DNA of 64,000 nucleotides from the human T2T-CHM13v2.0 reference genome, Homo sapiens. This document shows positions 37,341 through 52,640 of this stretch, one piece after another (position 1 is the stretch's first letter; the number at the start of each line of letters is the position of its first letter). The stretch lies in assembly GCF_009914755.1 (NCBI RefSeq), contig NC_060947.1. One strand, written 5' to 3'. The translations under genes and the position numbers were made by a program. The notes beneath the pieces were generated by a model. It did not search any database and was not told the DNA's origin. It was given only the letters and a program-made list of their open reading frames with translations.

Positions 37341-37767
37341 CACACGAAGAAACAGATTGAATGTAAGACAATAAAGAATATCCAGGACTATGGTGAACCA
37401 GGGAACAGCTATCCATTGTTGTCATCAGAGTGAAGGAAACCAAAATATTTCATCCCAAAATATTGTAGGGGCCAAGGGCTGCAGGTTCCTCTTGGCCCTC
37501 TGAAGCTTCATTGAAAAATCAACTCACAAAAGGCAGATTATTTAGAGAAATGGCATACAAGTTTATTTAATGTGTATACATGGGACCTTTCAGAATGAAG
37601 ACCCAAAGGCACAGGGGAAATTGTCAATTTTTGTGTTTGGTTTCAACAAAGCACGGACAGCCATGTAGAAATATGATCTGACAAAAAGAGTATGATCAAA
37701 TGCTAACAGACTGAGTGGGGAAACCCAGCAAGGCCTGTCTATATATATTTTTTGCACTGAAATAAAT

Positions 37768-38106
<339 letters not shown>

Positions 38107-38886
38107 AAAATTTTATTTTATTTTTATAATTTCAACTTTTATTTTAGATACAAGGGGTACATATGCAGGATTGTTACATGGGTTTATTGTATGATGCTGA
38201 GGTTTGGTGTACAAAGGGTCCCGTTACCCAAGAAGTGAGCACAGTACCAAATAGGTTGTTTTACAGTCCCTGCCTCCCTCCTTCTCTCCCTTGTCTAGTA
38301 GTCCCCAATATCTGTTTTTCTCATCTTTATGTCCATGTGTGTATCCAGTGCTTACTTCTGACTTACAAATGAGAACATGTGGTATTTTGTTTTCTGTTCC
38401 TGCATTAATTCACTTAGGATAACCGCCTCCAGCTACATCCATGTTGCTGCAAAGGACATGATTTCATTCTCTTCTTATGGTTGCATAGTATTCCATAGTA
38501 CATATGTACCAGATTTTCTTTATCTAATCTACTGTTGATGAGCATCTAGGTTGATTCTATGTCTTTGCTACTGTGAATAGTGATGCAATGAATGAATGAG
38601 TGCATGTGCCTTTTTGGTAGAATGATTTATTTTCCTTTGGCTATATACCCAGTAATAGGATTACTGGGTCAAATGGTAGTTCTGTTTTAAGTTCTTTGAG
38701 AAATCTCCAAACTGCTTTATATAGTGGCTGAACTAATTTATATTCCCGCCAACAATGTATAAGCCTTCCCTTTTCTCTGCAGCCTCACCAGCACATTTAG
38801 TTTTTTGACTTTTTAATAATAGCCATTCTCACTGGTATGAGATGGTATCTCATTGTGGTTTTGATTTCTGTTTCTCTGATGATTAG

Positions 38887-39239
<353 letters not shown>

Positions 39240-41915
39240 CTTTGCCTACTTTTTAATGGGGTTATTTGTTTTTCACTTGGTTCATTTGTTTAAATTCCTT
39301 ATAGATTCTGGATACTAGACCTTTGTTGGATGCACGGTTTGTAAATATTTTCTCCTATTCTGTATGTCTTCTGTCTACTCTGCTGATAGTTTCTTTTGCT
39401 GTGCAGAAGCTTTTTAGTTTAATTAGATCCCACTTGTCAATTTTTGTATTTGTTGCAGTTGCTTTTGAGGACTTAGTCATAAATTCTTTGCCAAGGCCAA
39501 TGCCTAGAATTGTGTTTCTTAGGTTTTCTTCTAGGATTCTTATAGTTTGTGATCTTACATTTAAATCTTTAATTCATCTTGAGTTGATTTTTGTATATGG
39601 TGAAAGGAAGGGATCAAGTTTCAGTCTACATAAGGCTAGCCAGCTATCCCAGCACCATTTATTGAATAAGAAGTCCTTTCCCCATTGCTTATTTTTGTCT
39701 ACTTTGTTGAAGATCACATGGTTGTAGGTGTGCAGCTTTATTTCTGGGTTCTCTATTCTATTCCATTGGTCTACATGTCTGTTTTTGTATGAATACTATG
39801 CTGTTTTGGTTACTGTAGCCTTGTAATATAGTTTGAAGTTGGGTAGCATGAGGCTTTGTTTTCTTCATTTTACTTAGGACTGCTATTCAGAGACTTTTTT
39901 GATTCTATATGAATTTTAGAACAGTTTTTTTCTAATTCCGTGAAAAAAAATGGCCTGTCTGGATTATTCTTGGTCTCTCTGAGCCTGTATTTTATCTTTC
40001 TGGGTATGGGAGGGACCCTCTTTGGAATGGGGGTCTTACAACCTAAAGTCAAACAGGGTAGGTCAGATAATTTCTTTATGGCCAGGTTCAGCACAGAAAG
40101 GCAGAGGGAAATTTAGAATAGTATTTTTAGGTTTTATGACTGGCTTTGGGGAAAAGGAGCTCTGGTGTCTATGACCTGCCTTGAAGAACAGGGATTCTAG
40201 TTTCTATGGCTAGCCTCTGTGGAGAATGGGACTGAGACAGGAGGGCAAGAGATGGTCAGAGAAAAAACTTCCAAGGTTACTTCTGAGGCCTTCATTTTGG
40301 GGTATTGTTTTCTGACCCCCAACAATATACTTCTTTGACATATTTTGAGATGGCTATTCAGAGGGCCTGAAAACAGAAGTAGCTCTACAAAGCTGTCTTT
40401 TGTGAGAGAGATTTGTATCTGTAGAGAAAATCTGCATTGATACAGCCAGGTTTTCTCTATGGTCCCCCTTTTTTACTGATCTATGAAAAATTAAGTGAGA
40501 GTCTGGCACTTTTAAAAGCCTGAAAGTAATTTTTATCATTTAGTATCTCTGAGAGCTGCTACCTGTGAAGTTGCCTCTACATCACAAGACCACCTTTGCT
40601 TGTCAGGCCTCCTCTTCTCTCCTTTCTATAACCTCTTTTGCCACCATAAACTGTTTTGCCAGGATCCAAGCCTCCATTCTTTCTGTAACTTCAAGATGAT
40701 AGAAAAGCAAATATCTGGCCATTTCTTTGAGTTCTTATATTTTGTATGACTCTGTGGCACATTAATACATTTGCATGCCTTTTCTATTAATTTTATTTTA
40801 GTCAGTTAATTTATTAGTGAACCTTCAGAGAGCAAAAGGAAAGTTTGCCCTTCACCATACAAGAGTAATAATATTAGATCTTTCAATTTATGTGTGACTT
40901 AACATCTTGAAGTTTGAATTTTTAAGTGTTGGTAACTAGGTCAAAACATCTTTAAACACTGTATGAACTCAATAAAACCTATTTTTGGAGTGAATAAAAC
41001 CTTAAGATAACCAATTTTAATTTTTGATGTAAAACCATTTCCAATATAATGGTTTCATTACTTTTCTGCATTTTCTAAAAGATGATCCCTTATATGTGAT
41101 TTACATGTTGATCATATAATCCAGATAGCTTTAGCCTAATTGATAGAAAAAGAGTTAAGAAGATTATTAACTCAAAACCTGTGAAGCACAAATGTGGCTC
41201 AAAGATTGATAAGAAAACATCAACTGAAACTGAGTATTTATTAGGAGCCCACTGAGATATCACTATTTTCTCAGGACCAGGAAATCAGAGAGAGAAGCCA
41301 GGCATCATGGCAATGAAGCAGTAAAGACACGAGTAATTAGACATATTCGATTTAATTACTCAGTTCCTTCCACTAAGCCAACATTTCTTGAATGTCCTAT
41401 GCCTTAACAGCATTATATTAGGTCTAGAGTTTAAAAATTTTAGCAGTTTAAAATCTCTGTCTCAGCACAATATGAATGAAAGGGAGAGATGGAAGTGGGA
41501 TAGCTGGGATGAAGAAGCTGGAAAAAACATGGCTTCGGGATACATTTAGCTTCGGCTTGATTCCATGAGTAGCTAAGGCGCATGAACTAAAACACAGAGG
41601 TTTTCCAGTGTACAGACTGGGGGTGAGGATGGTTCTAGTCATCATATCCCTGCATCAAGAAGTCATTGGCTAGAGCTGCTGGAAGAGGGAATATAACCTA
41701 GTGTCTTCAGGTGTGATGGCTTCAGTTAGCCAAAACCATTCTTCCAGTGAATAATAATGGAAGCCAATTGGCTGTGCGCACTTATCATTAAAGGCAATCT
41801 CGACAACAAAAGAATATGCTATACCCTGTGTTCAGAGACTAGAAATTAGTAGAAGAGACAGCCAAGTTTACAAAAAGTCATGAGGAATGCTATGACAGAA
41901 ATGTTTTTTAGATGC

Positions 41916-44250
41916 TGATATGGTATTGCTTTGTGTCCCCACCCAAATCTTATGTTGAATTGTAATTCCCTATGCTGGGGGAGGAACCTGGTAGGAGGTG
42001 ATTAGATCATCGGAGCGGATTTCCCCCTTGCTGTTCTCATCATAGGGAGTAAGTTCTTGTGACAGTGAGTAAGTTCTCATGAGATCTGTATTAGTCTGTT
42101 TTGACACTGCTATAAAGAAATTCCTGAGACTGGGTAATTTATAAAGGAAAGAGGTTTAATTGACTCCCAGTTCCACATGGCTGGGGAAGCCTCAGGAAAC
42201 TTACAATCATAGTGGAAGGGGAAGCAAGCACATTTTATATGGGAGCAGGTGAGAGAGAGAGCACGTGAGAGTGCAGAAAAAACTACCATTTATAAAACCA
42301 TCAGATTTGGGTGGGAACACAGAACCAAACCATATCATTCTGCCTCTTGCCCCTCCCAAATCTCATGCCTTTTCAAATTTCAAAACCAATCATGCCTTCT
42401 CAACAGTCCCTTAAATTCTTAACTCATGTCAGCATTAACTCAAAAGTCCACAGTTCAAAGTCTTATCTGAGAGAAGGCAAGTCCCTTCTGCCTATGAGCC
42501 TATAAAATCAAAAGGAAGTTAGTTACTTCATAGATATAATGTGGATGCAGGCATTCTGGTAAATACACCCATTCCAAATGGGATAATTGGCCAAAACGAA
42601 GGGGATACAAGCCCATGTAAGTCCAAAATCCAGCAGGGCAATCATTTAAAGCTCCAAAATGATCTCCTTTGACTTCATGTCTCACATCCAGTTAATGCTG
42701 ATGCAAGAGGTGGGCATGCATGGTCTTGGGCAGCTCTGCTCCTGTGGCTTTGCAGGGTATAGCCCCCATCCCAGCTGCTTATATGGGCTGGCGTTGAGTG
42801 TCTGTGGCTTTTCCAGGCACATGGTGCAAGCTGTCAGTGGATCTACCACTCTAGGGTCTGGAGAACGGTGTCCCTCTTCTTACAACTTCACTAGGCAGTG
42901 CTGCAGTGGGGACTCTGTGTGGGGGCTCTAACCCTACATTTCCCTTTTGTGCTGCCCCAGCAGAAGTTCTCCATAAGGGGCCTGCTCCTCCAGCAGACTT
43001 CTACCAGGACATCCAGGCATTTCCATACATACTGTAAAATCTAAGGATAGGTTCCCAAACCTCGATTCTTGACTTTTGTGCACCCACAGGCCCAACACCA
43101 TGTGGAAGCTGCCAAGGCTTGGGGCTGTTACCCTCTGAAGCAATGGCCTGAGCTGTACCTTGGTCCCTTTTAGCCACTACTGGAGCTGAAGTGGCTGAGA
43201 CACAGGGCACCATGCCCTGAGGCTACACAGAGCAGGAAGGCCCTGAGCTCAGCCCATAAAACCATTTTTCCTCTTAGGCCTCTTTACCTGTGATGGGAGG
43301 GGCTATAACCAATATCTCTGACATTCCCTGGAGACATTTTCCCCATTGTCTTAGTGATTAACGTTTGGTTTATCTTTACTTATGAAAATTTCTGCAGCAG
43401 GCTTGAATTTCTCCCCAGAAAATGGGTTTTTCTTTTCTATCACATTGTCAGGCTGCAAATTTTCCAAACTTTTATGCTGTGCTTCCCTTTTAAACATAAG
43501 TTCCAGTTTCAAATAATGTCTCTTAAGTTCAAAGTTCCACAGATCTCTAGGGCAGGGGCAAAAGTCACCAGTCTCTTTGCTAAAACACAGCAAGAGTCAC
43601 TTTTGCTCCAGTTCCCAATGAGTTCCTCATCTCCATTTGAGACCACCTCAGCCAGGACTTCATTGTCCATAACACTATCAGCATTTTGGTCAAAACCATT
43701 CAATAAGTGTCTCAGAAGTTCCAAACTTTCCTGCATCTTTCTGTCTTCTTCTAAGCCCTCCAAACTGTTCCAACCTCTGCCTGCTACCCAGTTCCAAAGT
43801 CACTTCCACATTTTTGGGTATCTTTACAGCAGTACCCCACCAGTCCCAATTTACTGTATTAGTCCATTTTCACACTGCTATAAAGAACTTCCCAAGACTG
43901 AGTAATTTATAAAGAAAAGAGTTTTAATTGGCTCACAGTTCTGCATGGCTGGAGAGGCCTCAGGAAACTTACAATCATGGCAGAAGAGGAAGCAAGCCCA
44001 TCTTACATGGCAGCAGGTGAGAGAGAGAACATGTGAGTGCAGGAAAAACCACCATTTATAAAACCATCATATCTCATGAGAACTCACTCAAAATCGGGAG
44101 AACAACATGGGGGAAGTGGTCCCCATAATCCAGTCTCTTCCCTCTCTTGACATGTGGGGATTACAATTCGAGATGAGATTTGGGTGGGGACACAGAACCA
44201 AAACATATCAAGATCTTTTGGTTTAAAATTGTGTGGAACTTCCCCATTTG

Positions 44251-44309
<59 letters not shown>

Positions 44310-44492
44310 GTTGCCATGTGAAGATGTGCCTGCTTCTTCTTCACCTTACACCATGATTATAAGCTTCCTGAGGCCTCCCCAGGCATGCCTCCTGTACAGC
44401 CTGTGGAGCTGTGATTAAATTAAACCACTTTTCTTTATAAATAACCCAGTCTCAGGTATGTCTTTATAGCAGTGTGAGAATGGACTAATAGA
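41916..44492 (+). mobile_element. MST-type solo LTR split by a provirus (41916-42086 and 44211-44492)
   Basis: tgatatgg...ctaataga; TSD gatgc at 41911-41915 and 44493-44497. Confidence 0.88.
42087..44210 (-). mobile_element. Full MaLR provirus (THE1D/MSTA-type): LTR 42087-42337, internal region, LTR 43855-44210
   Basis: Two direct LTRs; TSD agatc at 42082-42086 and 44211-44215. Confidence 0.92.
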
Positions 44493-44862
44493 GATGCCAT
44501 GGGAACTGTGGGGAGCAGGGAGTAAGGGAGAATTGACAGACTTCATAAAGGACATAATAATGAAGCTGATTATTGAATATATGTATGAATTTTTTTAGAT
44601 ACCGGAAGTCATTCCAAAGAGAAGCAATAAGTTGTGTAGAGGTCTAAAGGAGTTAGTAAATATTCAGGGTCTACCAATGATTGTAATAAAGAGTTTTTTG
44701 AGGAGCTAAAACTGAAAAATATCCCCTAACTAAAAAGAGTCCTTTTTAATAAAAAGTATGCTTAGATGTCTGGACTCTTTCTTCAAAATGGTGTGGAGGC
44801 ATTAAGGATTTTAGCCAAAGAAGAGTTATTGTACAAATAGAAGAGAGAAATAGCTATACTAT

Positions 44863-45364
44863 TGTCAATCTAAAATAATCAAAAGGTTCAGGATCCAGTT
44901 AAAAGAGTTTATTCAAGTGCAAAGTGTGAGGGTGGCCATCAGGTCCTGGAGCAGAGCTACACCAAAGAATGGTGATCGGTACACGAGGTGTGGGGAAAAA
45001 TGAGGATAATTTATGTAAGCAAAACAGAGGTACTGAACAGTGTTACAACATTTTCCATACAAAGGTCAACATACAGATATAAGGTTTGATTGGCTATTAT
45101 TGATTATACTCTAAGGGGGCTGTTTAACATTCTGCTATAAAGAGATAACAATCACAATAATCTCTATCTCCATGTCATTTCATCTAGGTTGAATAAAGGA
45201 TAGGGAGTCTAGTTAATGAATAACATCTCAACACAAACATCAGGAAGCTATGGTCATGCCCCAGAGAAGAAAAACAGTCCTGTTACATCAGTCAGCTTTC
45301 GGGGCTTAATTTTTCCCTTTAGCGTAATAAATTTGGAAGGTCTTGAAATTTTATTTCTTTTACA
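44863..45364 (-). mobile_element. ERV1 solo LTR (MER4-group)
   Basis: TG...CA termini with 4-bp TSD ctat. Confidence 0.65.
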
Positions 45365-46640
45365 CTATATATGTCCGTACACCAAAAAAGACCCACAACA
45401 GAAGCGAAATACAAGGCTGTAGCTCCACATTTGCAGTGTAGAAAGTGTTCTTAATTCTCTCAGTAACTGTAGAAGTAGTTCTAGGAATGAACACAGGTAA
45501 GTATTTTTATTGTAGAATCAGTAGGAGGTAGCATTATTTAGTGGCAGTTGCATGAATTAGTATATAAGAGAAATATCCCTCTATTTTATTCTATTTTAAT
45601 TATGAAATAAATCACTCTTAAAATTTTTTTTTCTGTAATCTGAAAAGTAGATGAACTAGGACATTTCCAATGCATAAGACACATGCAGTGGTTGCTTTTT
45701 CAGTTTGTGAAATAAAATTATTGATCACAAGTACATTGAAAGTATTTTCGTAATGATATTTAACTAACTGCCATTCATACCAGTCAGTTGAAATAATAGT
45801 CTATAGTACTATGATAGCTGTACTAAGTTTTCTCTAGGAAGTAAACTTTAAATAAGGAAATGTGAGTGAACTTTTTTTATAAAATATAGAGATTGCCAGG
45901 ACAAAAGATATTTGGCTTGATAATTATTAGTATTATTATTAAAGTCAAATGCATTCCATATCCAGGCTATAGATTTAATGACAACCTTAATGAATAAGAG
46001 AATGATGAGAAAACATCACTGAGGAGAGTAATGAAAGACTCACTAATATATCTTAGTAAAAGGGGTTATACATACATATTGCACAATTCAGACAGCTTCT
46101 TCCCACTGATCTACAGATAAATGATTGTAATGGCTGCTGTCATAAACTGCTCAAATTCTCCCTTTAGAACCAAGGCACTCATTCCCCCAGGGGACCTAAG
46201 CATTACAGAGACATCCAAGTGCCTCTCCAGAAGCTACCCTTAACCAAAGAAAGCTGCCTCACCCAAGGTCATGAGTCCTCCCATGGGGCAGCCCACATCC
46301 ATTAACTGGGATATAAAGCACTTGCCCTCTAGATTGAAGGTCCATCTCAGCTCCAGAGCTCCCCACTACATTGGCTGATGCTTCTGTTGCAACTTTATTG
46401 CAGTTCAATTTCCCTTTCTCTCCAATGCTGATGCCCTTATTCCTCACAAATCTTAGAGTGACAGAATCTGTTTTCTACTCATTCTATGATAATTAGCGTC
46501 AGGAATGGTCCTAGAAAGCAACTCTAAAGTGGGATTTTAGAAATGGATCATTTGTCAGCCAGTTGGCAGGCAATAAGTAGCTTGTAATAAATGAAGGCCT
46601 GATAGTCTCTTTTTGGTTGAAGTACAATTGTTAAAACTTT

Positions 46641-49600
46641 TTATTACTTTTAAATTATGTTAATAATTGGCACATGATAGTGAATGTTATGGGGTGTATG
46701 TGATGTTTCAATACATGTGTACATTGTATAATGATTAAATCAGAGTAGTTAGCATGTCCATCACCTCAAACCTTGTTTGTAAATTTGTTTTTGTAGAGAC
46801 AGGGTGGTCTCAAACTCCTGGCATCAAGCAATCATCTCACCTCAGCCTCCAAAGTGTTGGGATTATAGATGTGAGCCACTACACCCAGCCTATCACCTCA
46901 AACCTTTACCATTTCTTTTTGGTGATAGCTTACAAGATCCTCTTTTGTAGCTATCTTGAAATATATAATATATTTTTATTAACTATAGTTACCCTACCAT
47001 GTAATAGAACACTAGTACTTATTCTTCCTATCCAACCGCACCTTTGTATTCATTGACCAACCTCTCCATCTTCCCTCCCCTCTCCCCTTCCCATCCTCTG
47101 GTAACTACTATTCTATTCTCTACTTCTATGAGATTAACTTTCTTAGATTCCATGTATGAGTGAGATCATGTGGTACAGGCATAACAATATTTTATTGTGC
47201 TTTGCAGATACTGTGGTTTTTTTACACAATTAAGGGTTTGGGGCAACTCTGCATTGAACAAGCCTATTGGAGCCATTTTTCCAATATTATGTGCTCACTT
47301 CGTGTCTCTGTGTCACATTTTGGTAATTCTTGAAATATTTCAAGCTTATTATTATTATATCTCTTATGGTGACCTGTGATCATTTGTCTTTGATGTTACT
47401 ATTGGAATTGTTTCGTGGTGCCACAAACCACACCCATATAAGACGATGAACTTAATAAATGTGTGTGTCCTAACTGCTCCACTGACCCCCTGGCTGTTCC
47501 CCTATCTCTCTTCCTCTGCTTGGGCATTCCTGTTCCCTGAAGCACAACAATATTGAAATTAGGCATATTAATCACTCTACAAAGACCTGTAACTGTTAAA
47601 ATGAAAGGAAGAGTCAATCAGTGTGGCAAATTTTATTTTATTGTAAGAAATTGCCAAAGCCACCCCAACCTTCAGCAACCACCACGCTGATCACTAAGCA
47701 GCCATCAATATCAAGGCAAGACCTTCCACCAGCAAAAGATTATGACTCACCAAAGGCTGAGAAGATCATTATCATTTTTAGCAATAAAGCATTTTAATTG
47801 AAGTATGTGTTTTTTTAGACATAATGCTATTTTAAACTTAATAGAATACAGTAAAGTGAAACCATAACTTTTATATGCACTGAGATACGAAAAAAATGTT
47901 ATTCACTTTATTTAAATATTTACTTTGTTGCAATGGTCTGTAACTGAACCCCAAATATCTCTGAGGTATGCTTTTATGTGTCTTTCTGTACCTGGCTTAT
48001 TTCACTTAACATTATGTTCTCTAAAGTCATCCATGTTGCCACAGAAGAAAGGATTTCGTTACTTTTTTTATATCAAATAGTATTCCATTATGTATATACA
48101 CCATATTTTCTTTATCCATCCATCCATTGATGGACACTTAGGTTGATTCCATCTCTTGGCTATTGTGAACAGTGCTGCAATAAAAATGGGAATGCAGGTA
48201 TCTCTTTGACATACTGATTTCAGTTCCTTTGGATATATACCCAATAGTTTAATTGTTGGATCATATGGTAGTCGTATTTTAAATTTTTGGAGAAATCTCC
48301 GTATTGTTTTCTATGATGGCTATACTAATTTATATCCCTACCAATAGTGTTTAAGAGTTTCCCTTTCTCCGCATCTTTGCCAGTGTTTGTTATATTTTTT
48401 TTCTTTTTGATGCTAGATATTCTAACTGGGGTGCAGTGGTATCTCATTGTGCTTTTGATTTGCATTTCCCTGACGATTAGTGATGTTGAGCATTTTGTCA
48501 CATAGTTACTGGCTATTTGTTTTTTGATCAGATTATTTGTTTGTTTGTTTTTTGCTACTGAGTTGAATTCCCAATATATTCTAAATATTAACTCCTTGTT
48601 AAATGCATAATTTGCAAATATTTTTCCCATTCTGTAGGTTGTCTCTTTATTCTGTTGATTGTTTCCCTTTTTGTACAGAATGTTTTTAGTTTGATGTAAT
48701 CTCATTTGTCTATTTTTGTGTTTGTTGCCTGTGTTTTTGTAGTCTTATAAAAAAAATCCTTGCTCAGACAAATTTATATAGCATTTCCCCTATGTTGTCT
48801 TCTAGTAGTTTTATAATTTTGAGTCTTACATTTAAGTCTTTAATCCATTTTGAGGTGATTTTCATATGTGTGAGAAATAATGGCCTAGTTTCATTTTTCT
48901 GCATATGAATGTCCAGTTTTCCAAGCAACATTTATTGAAGAAACTATCTTTTCCCCAATGTGTTCTCTTGGTGCCTTTGTCAAAAATCAGTTGGCTCTAG
49001 ATACATGGATTTATTTCTGGTCCCTCTATTTTGTTCCATTGGTCTATACATCTATTTTTATGCCAATATCATGCTGATTCGGTTATTATGGCTTTGTATT
49101 ATATTTTGTAGTCAGGTAGCATGATGCTTCCAGCTTTGTTCTCTTTGCTCAAGATTGCTTTGGCTATTCAAGGCCATATAAATTTTAATTCTATTTCTGT
49201 GACAATGTCATTGGTATTTTGATTGAAAATGCATTTAGTCCGTGGATTGCTTTGGGTAGTATAGATGTTTTAATAATATTAATTCTTCCAATCTATGCAC
49301 ATAAATATATTTCCATCCATTTGTGTCTTTCATCAGTATTTTATGGTTTTCCTTTTAGAAATCTTTCAATTCTTTGGTTATACTTATTCCTGGGTATTTT
49401 ATTTTATTTTACTTTTGTAGTTATTGTAAATGGGATTGATTTATTGATTTCTTTTTTAGTTCACCATTGGTGTATAAAAACGCTACAGATTTTTGTATGT
49501 TGATTTTATGTCCTGCAACTTTACTGAATTCATTTGTTAGTTCTAACAGTTTTCTGGTAGAGTCTTTAGAATTTTCTATATATATGACCATGTGCTACTG

Positions 49601-50264
49601 AGATGAATGTGTATTCTATGGCTGTTGGATGGAATATTCTTTAAATGTCTGCTAGGTCCTTTTGGTTTAGAGTTCAGTTCAACTCTGATGTTTTCTTGCT
49701 GATTCTCTATCAAGATGATCTGTTCATTGTTTATAGTGGGTTGTTGAAGTCACCTACTATTACTGTATTGCAAGTGATCTCCCTTTAGGTCTACTAATAT
49801 TTGCTTTATATATTTCTGGGCTCCGGTGTTGGGTGCATATGTGTTTATAATTGCTATATCCCCTTGCTGTATTGATTCCTTTGTATGACCTTCTTTGTCT
49901 TTTTTTTTAAATCTTCTTGATGACTTACTGTTTATCTGATATCAGTACAGCTAATCCTGCTTTTTATTGGTTTCCATTTGCATGGAATATTTTTCCATCC
50001 CTTCACATAAAGTCTATGCCTGTCTTTATAAGTGAAGTGAATTTCTTGACTCAGTGTTTTTTGTTTAGAGAGTTCAATCCATTTACATTCAAGGTTATTG
50101 ATAGGTAAGGGTTTACTACAGCCATTATACTTTCTTCCTTTTTTCCTTTCTGTCTTTCTTTGTGATTAAGTGATTTCTTTGGTAGTATGATTGAATTCCA
50201 TGCTATTTATTTTTAGTTTATCTTTTATAGGTTTTTGCTTTGTGGTTACTATGAGGCTTAGAAA
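46641..50264 (-). mobile_element. Internally deleted L1MA containing an Alu monomer (46775-46891) and a Tigger
   Basis: TSD aattgttaaaacttt at 46626-46640 and 50265-50279; Alu TSD atcacctcaaacctt at 46760-46774 and 46892-46906. Confidence 0.8.
47176..47974. mobile_element. Internally deleted Tigger1-like DNA transposon
   Basis: ta|caggcata... and ...ctctgaggtatgc termini; ttttattgtgctttgcagatactg. Confidence 0.8.
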
Positions 50265-50439
50265 AATTGTTAAAACTTTCACTCGTGAAAAACTGCAATG
50301 AAATATTGGTTGAACAGAATGCACTAGTGGATGCAATGCCTCTGGCATGTAAGGGTTTCAAGGGAAATAGTCATTATAAGGACATTGGAGTCAGATGGCT
50401 ATTGCTAGGGGCCATTGTTACACTAGAGGAAGTTACAGC

Positions 50440-50575
50440 CCTCAAGCTAAGAATGTTTTTACATTTTAAAAGGTTTTAAAAGAAGAAAAAATTCAAATAG
50501 AAACCATATGTAGCTCTCAGATCCTAAAATATTTACTCTCCGGCGCCTCACAGAAAATGTTTGTTGACCCTTGCA
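50440..50575. mobile_element. MER58-like hAT fragment
   Basis: cctaaaatatttactctc...acagaaaatgtttgttgaccc. Confidence 0.55.
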
Positions 50576-51954
50576 TTAAAAAACTGAAAGAAAGGATGAA
50601 GGTGATCAATTACCTATATAAAGTGAGTTGTGAAAACCAGAGGATCTCCCTTACAGCACATAAAGATTCTCATCTCCTGTAGCCTAGGGGCAGAAAAAAC
50701 TGAGGATTATGTCCAAGACTTAATTATACCATAAACAGAGCTTCAGAAAAGGTTGATTTTCCAACCCCGGCACATTTGCTACCCCAAGGTCATTTGTGAC
50801 TGTTCTGACTCATTTACTAAGTGACAAGGAAGGCTGGCAGCTTTAAGTGAGGATCAGGTCAAGAAAGGGCTTTGCAGCAGGCCGAAACCATTGTACAAGC
50901 GGTCGTGCTATACAATTTAACAAACCCTATTGTACTAGAAGCATGTGTTGTGTAAAAAGATATGGTATGGATTCTAGAGCAAGCTCCAATAAGAGAATCA
51001 CAATTTAGAACCCTTTAATTTTGGAGGAAAGCCATGCAGTCTGCAGCATAAAATCATGCATCATTTGAAAAACAGCTCCTCGTGTGTTGCTGGGTTAGAG
51101 AGGGAGCATCTGACTTTTAGTCATCAAATTTCTTACCACGAGATTACAGCTGCCAATCATGAGAAGGATCTGTCAGACCCGCAAAATCCTACAGTCAGGT
51201 GGGTTCTTTTGCAATTAATTAAGAAGGAAGTAATACACCAAGGAGCAGACATGCACCAGAACAGAGGGCACAAGAAAACTACACATTCAGTTGTGCCAGA
51301 CCTCTGAATCACACACCATAGCTGCACCAGAAACTTTCTTTCTGTTTATATCTATGGCCACACAGAGGATCCCATATGAACACCTGATAGAGAATGAATC
51401 AGCCAATCCCAGTCTGTGGATGCATACAGGCTGAAAATGGACTGTGCTACACGCATCTTAACGCAGGGGTAACCTTGAAAGATTGCAGTAAGGAAAAAAT
51501 CTACCTGACAGGCAATGGCTGAGATGCTGTAACTGGGCATTCACTTTGAATAAAATATAAGTGTCCAGAGATAAAATATATGGACTCATGGCAATTGTGA
51601 ATAACTTGGTTTGTTGATCAGAGGCCCAACAGAAAAAAAGGCTAGAAGATGTAGACAAGACATTTGGTATAGAGGCATGCAGATTGACGTGTGAGTGGGC
51701 ACAAAATGTGAATATCTTTGCTTTGCATGTCAACCCCTAAGAGAGAACATGTACCATAAAATCATCCACTCATTCAGGTTCTGACATTGGCCTTTTCAAA
51801 TGTTGGCACAATGGGCTTATGAAAAAAGTAGACATGTTGGTTGGGATCAAGGCAATGCATGGGTCTCATTCAACATGGATCATTTAGCTACTGTTGTTGT
51901 CAAATATCAAACCTGACAGCTTAAGAGACCAACACTGAGCTCCTGATAGGTTTC

Positions 51955-52640
51955 TGTGATTGTTATTTATTCCATCTCAGTTCCAGATTTATCCTTTAAT
52001 ACCTACTCTGCAATAATGGAGAGAATTCCTGTAAGGATTTCTCTTTTGCAGTGAATACAATGTTAAACTTTCTCACTAGAGGTCGCTGTAGTGACATTGC
52101 AGGAGGAAGAGGCTTCTATTGATTCCAGCTGCTGTGCTGTTGGTGAGAGGTGTGAGTTTGGGAGCATCCAGTGGTGTTCTACCACAGCCACATGCCACAG
52201 TGTGCAGTCCCTAGGTGACTTCACAGCTCTAGCCCTGCCTGGTGATCACCTTCCTCGGCCCTTAAAACACTAACATCACGTGCTTGAATCTCCCTTCAGC
52301 ACTGACACCCCCACTTTCTCTGAACACCCATGAACCCACCCACCAGATGTGGTTTGCCTATACCCTGGTGGTTGGCTTCCTACTTGATCAGTGACTATTG
52401 ACCAGCTCTGGCCCGGGGAGACAAGTGTACTTTTCTGCCATTCAGTGAGCTGAAACTTCACCTTCTCCAATGAAGTCTGCATGCTAGCCTTGGGAAAGTG
52501 GTTCCCTTCCAAGTTTGTCGCTCATTGGGTACTGTCTCCCAGCCCTAGGTTACCATATAGAGTTCTCTTACGTCTTATAAATCACTCTTTTATTATAGCT
52601 TAATAATTATTTATATTAAACTGTCCCTAATTAAATCAGT
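51955..52640 (+). mobile_element. Old ERVL LTR (LTR33-like)
   Basis: GC-richer block ending taataattatttatattaaactgtccc. Confidence 0.45.

Larger units (their letters stand above)
46126..51950 (+). mobile_element. Decayed ERVL provirus (LTR16/HERV16-like) interrupted by an L1
   Basis: LTR16-like 46126-46490; internal start ...caggaatggtcctagaaagca; pol remnant FWRKAMQSAA*NHASFEKQLL at ~51020-51080. Confidence 0.65.

Noticed and set aside
43354-43905. 183-aa ORF
   Set aside because: Lies antisense within the MaLR internal region; no recognisable domain.
46626-46640. aattgttaaaact shared by 46626, 50265, ~58750 and the 61385 palindromes as a dispersed regulatory motif
   Set aside because: The first two are a TSD and the third is the homologous ERVL position; the match at 61385 is short and AT-rich, so probably chance.
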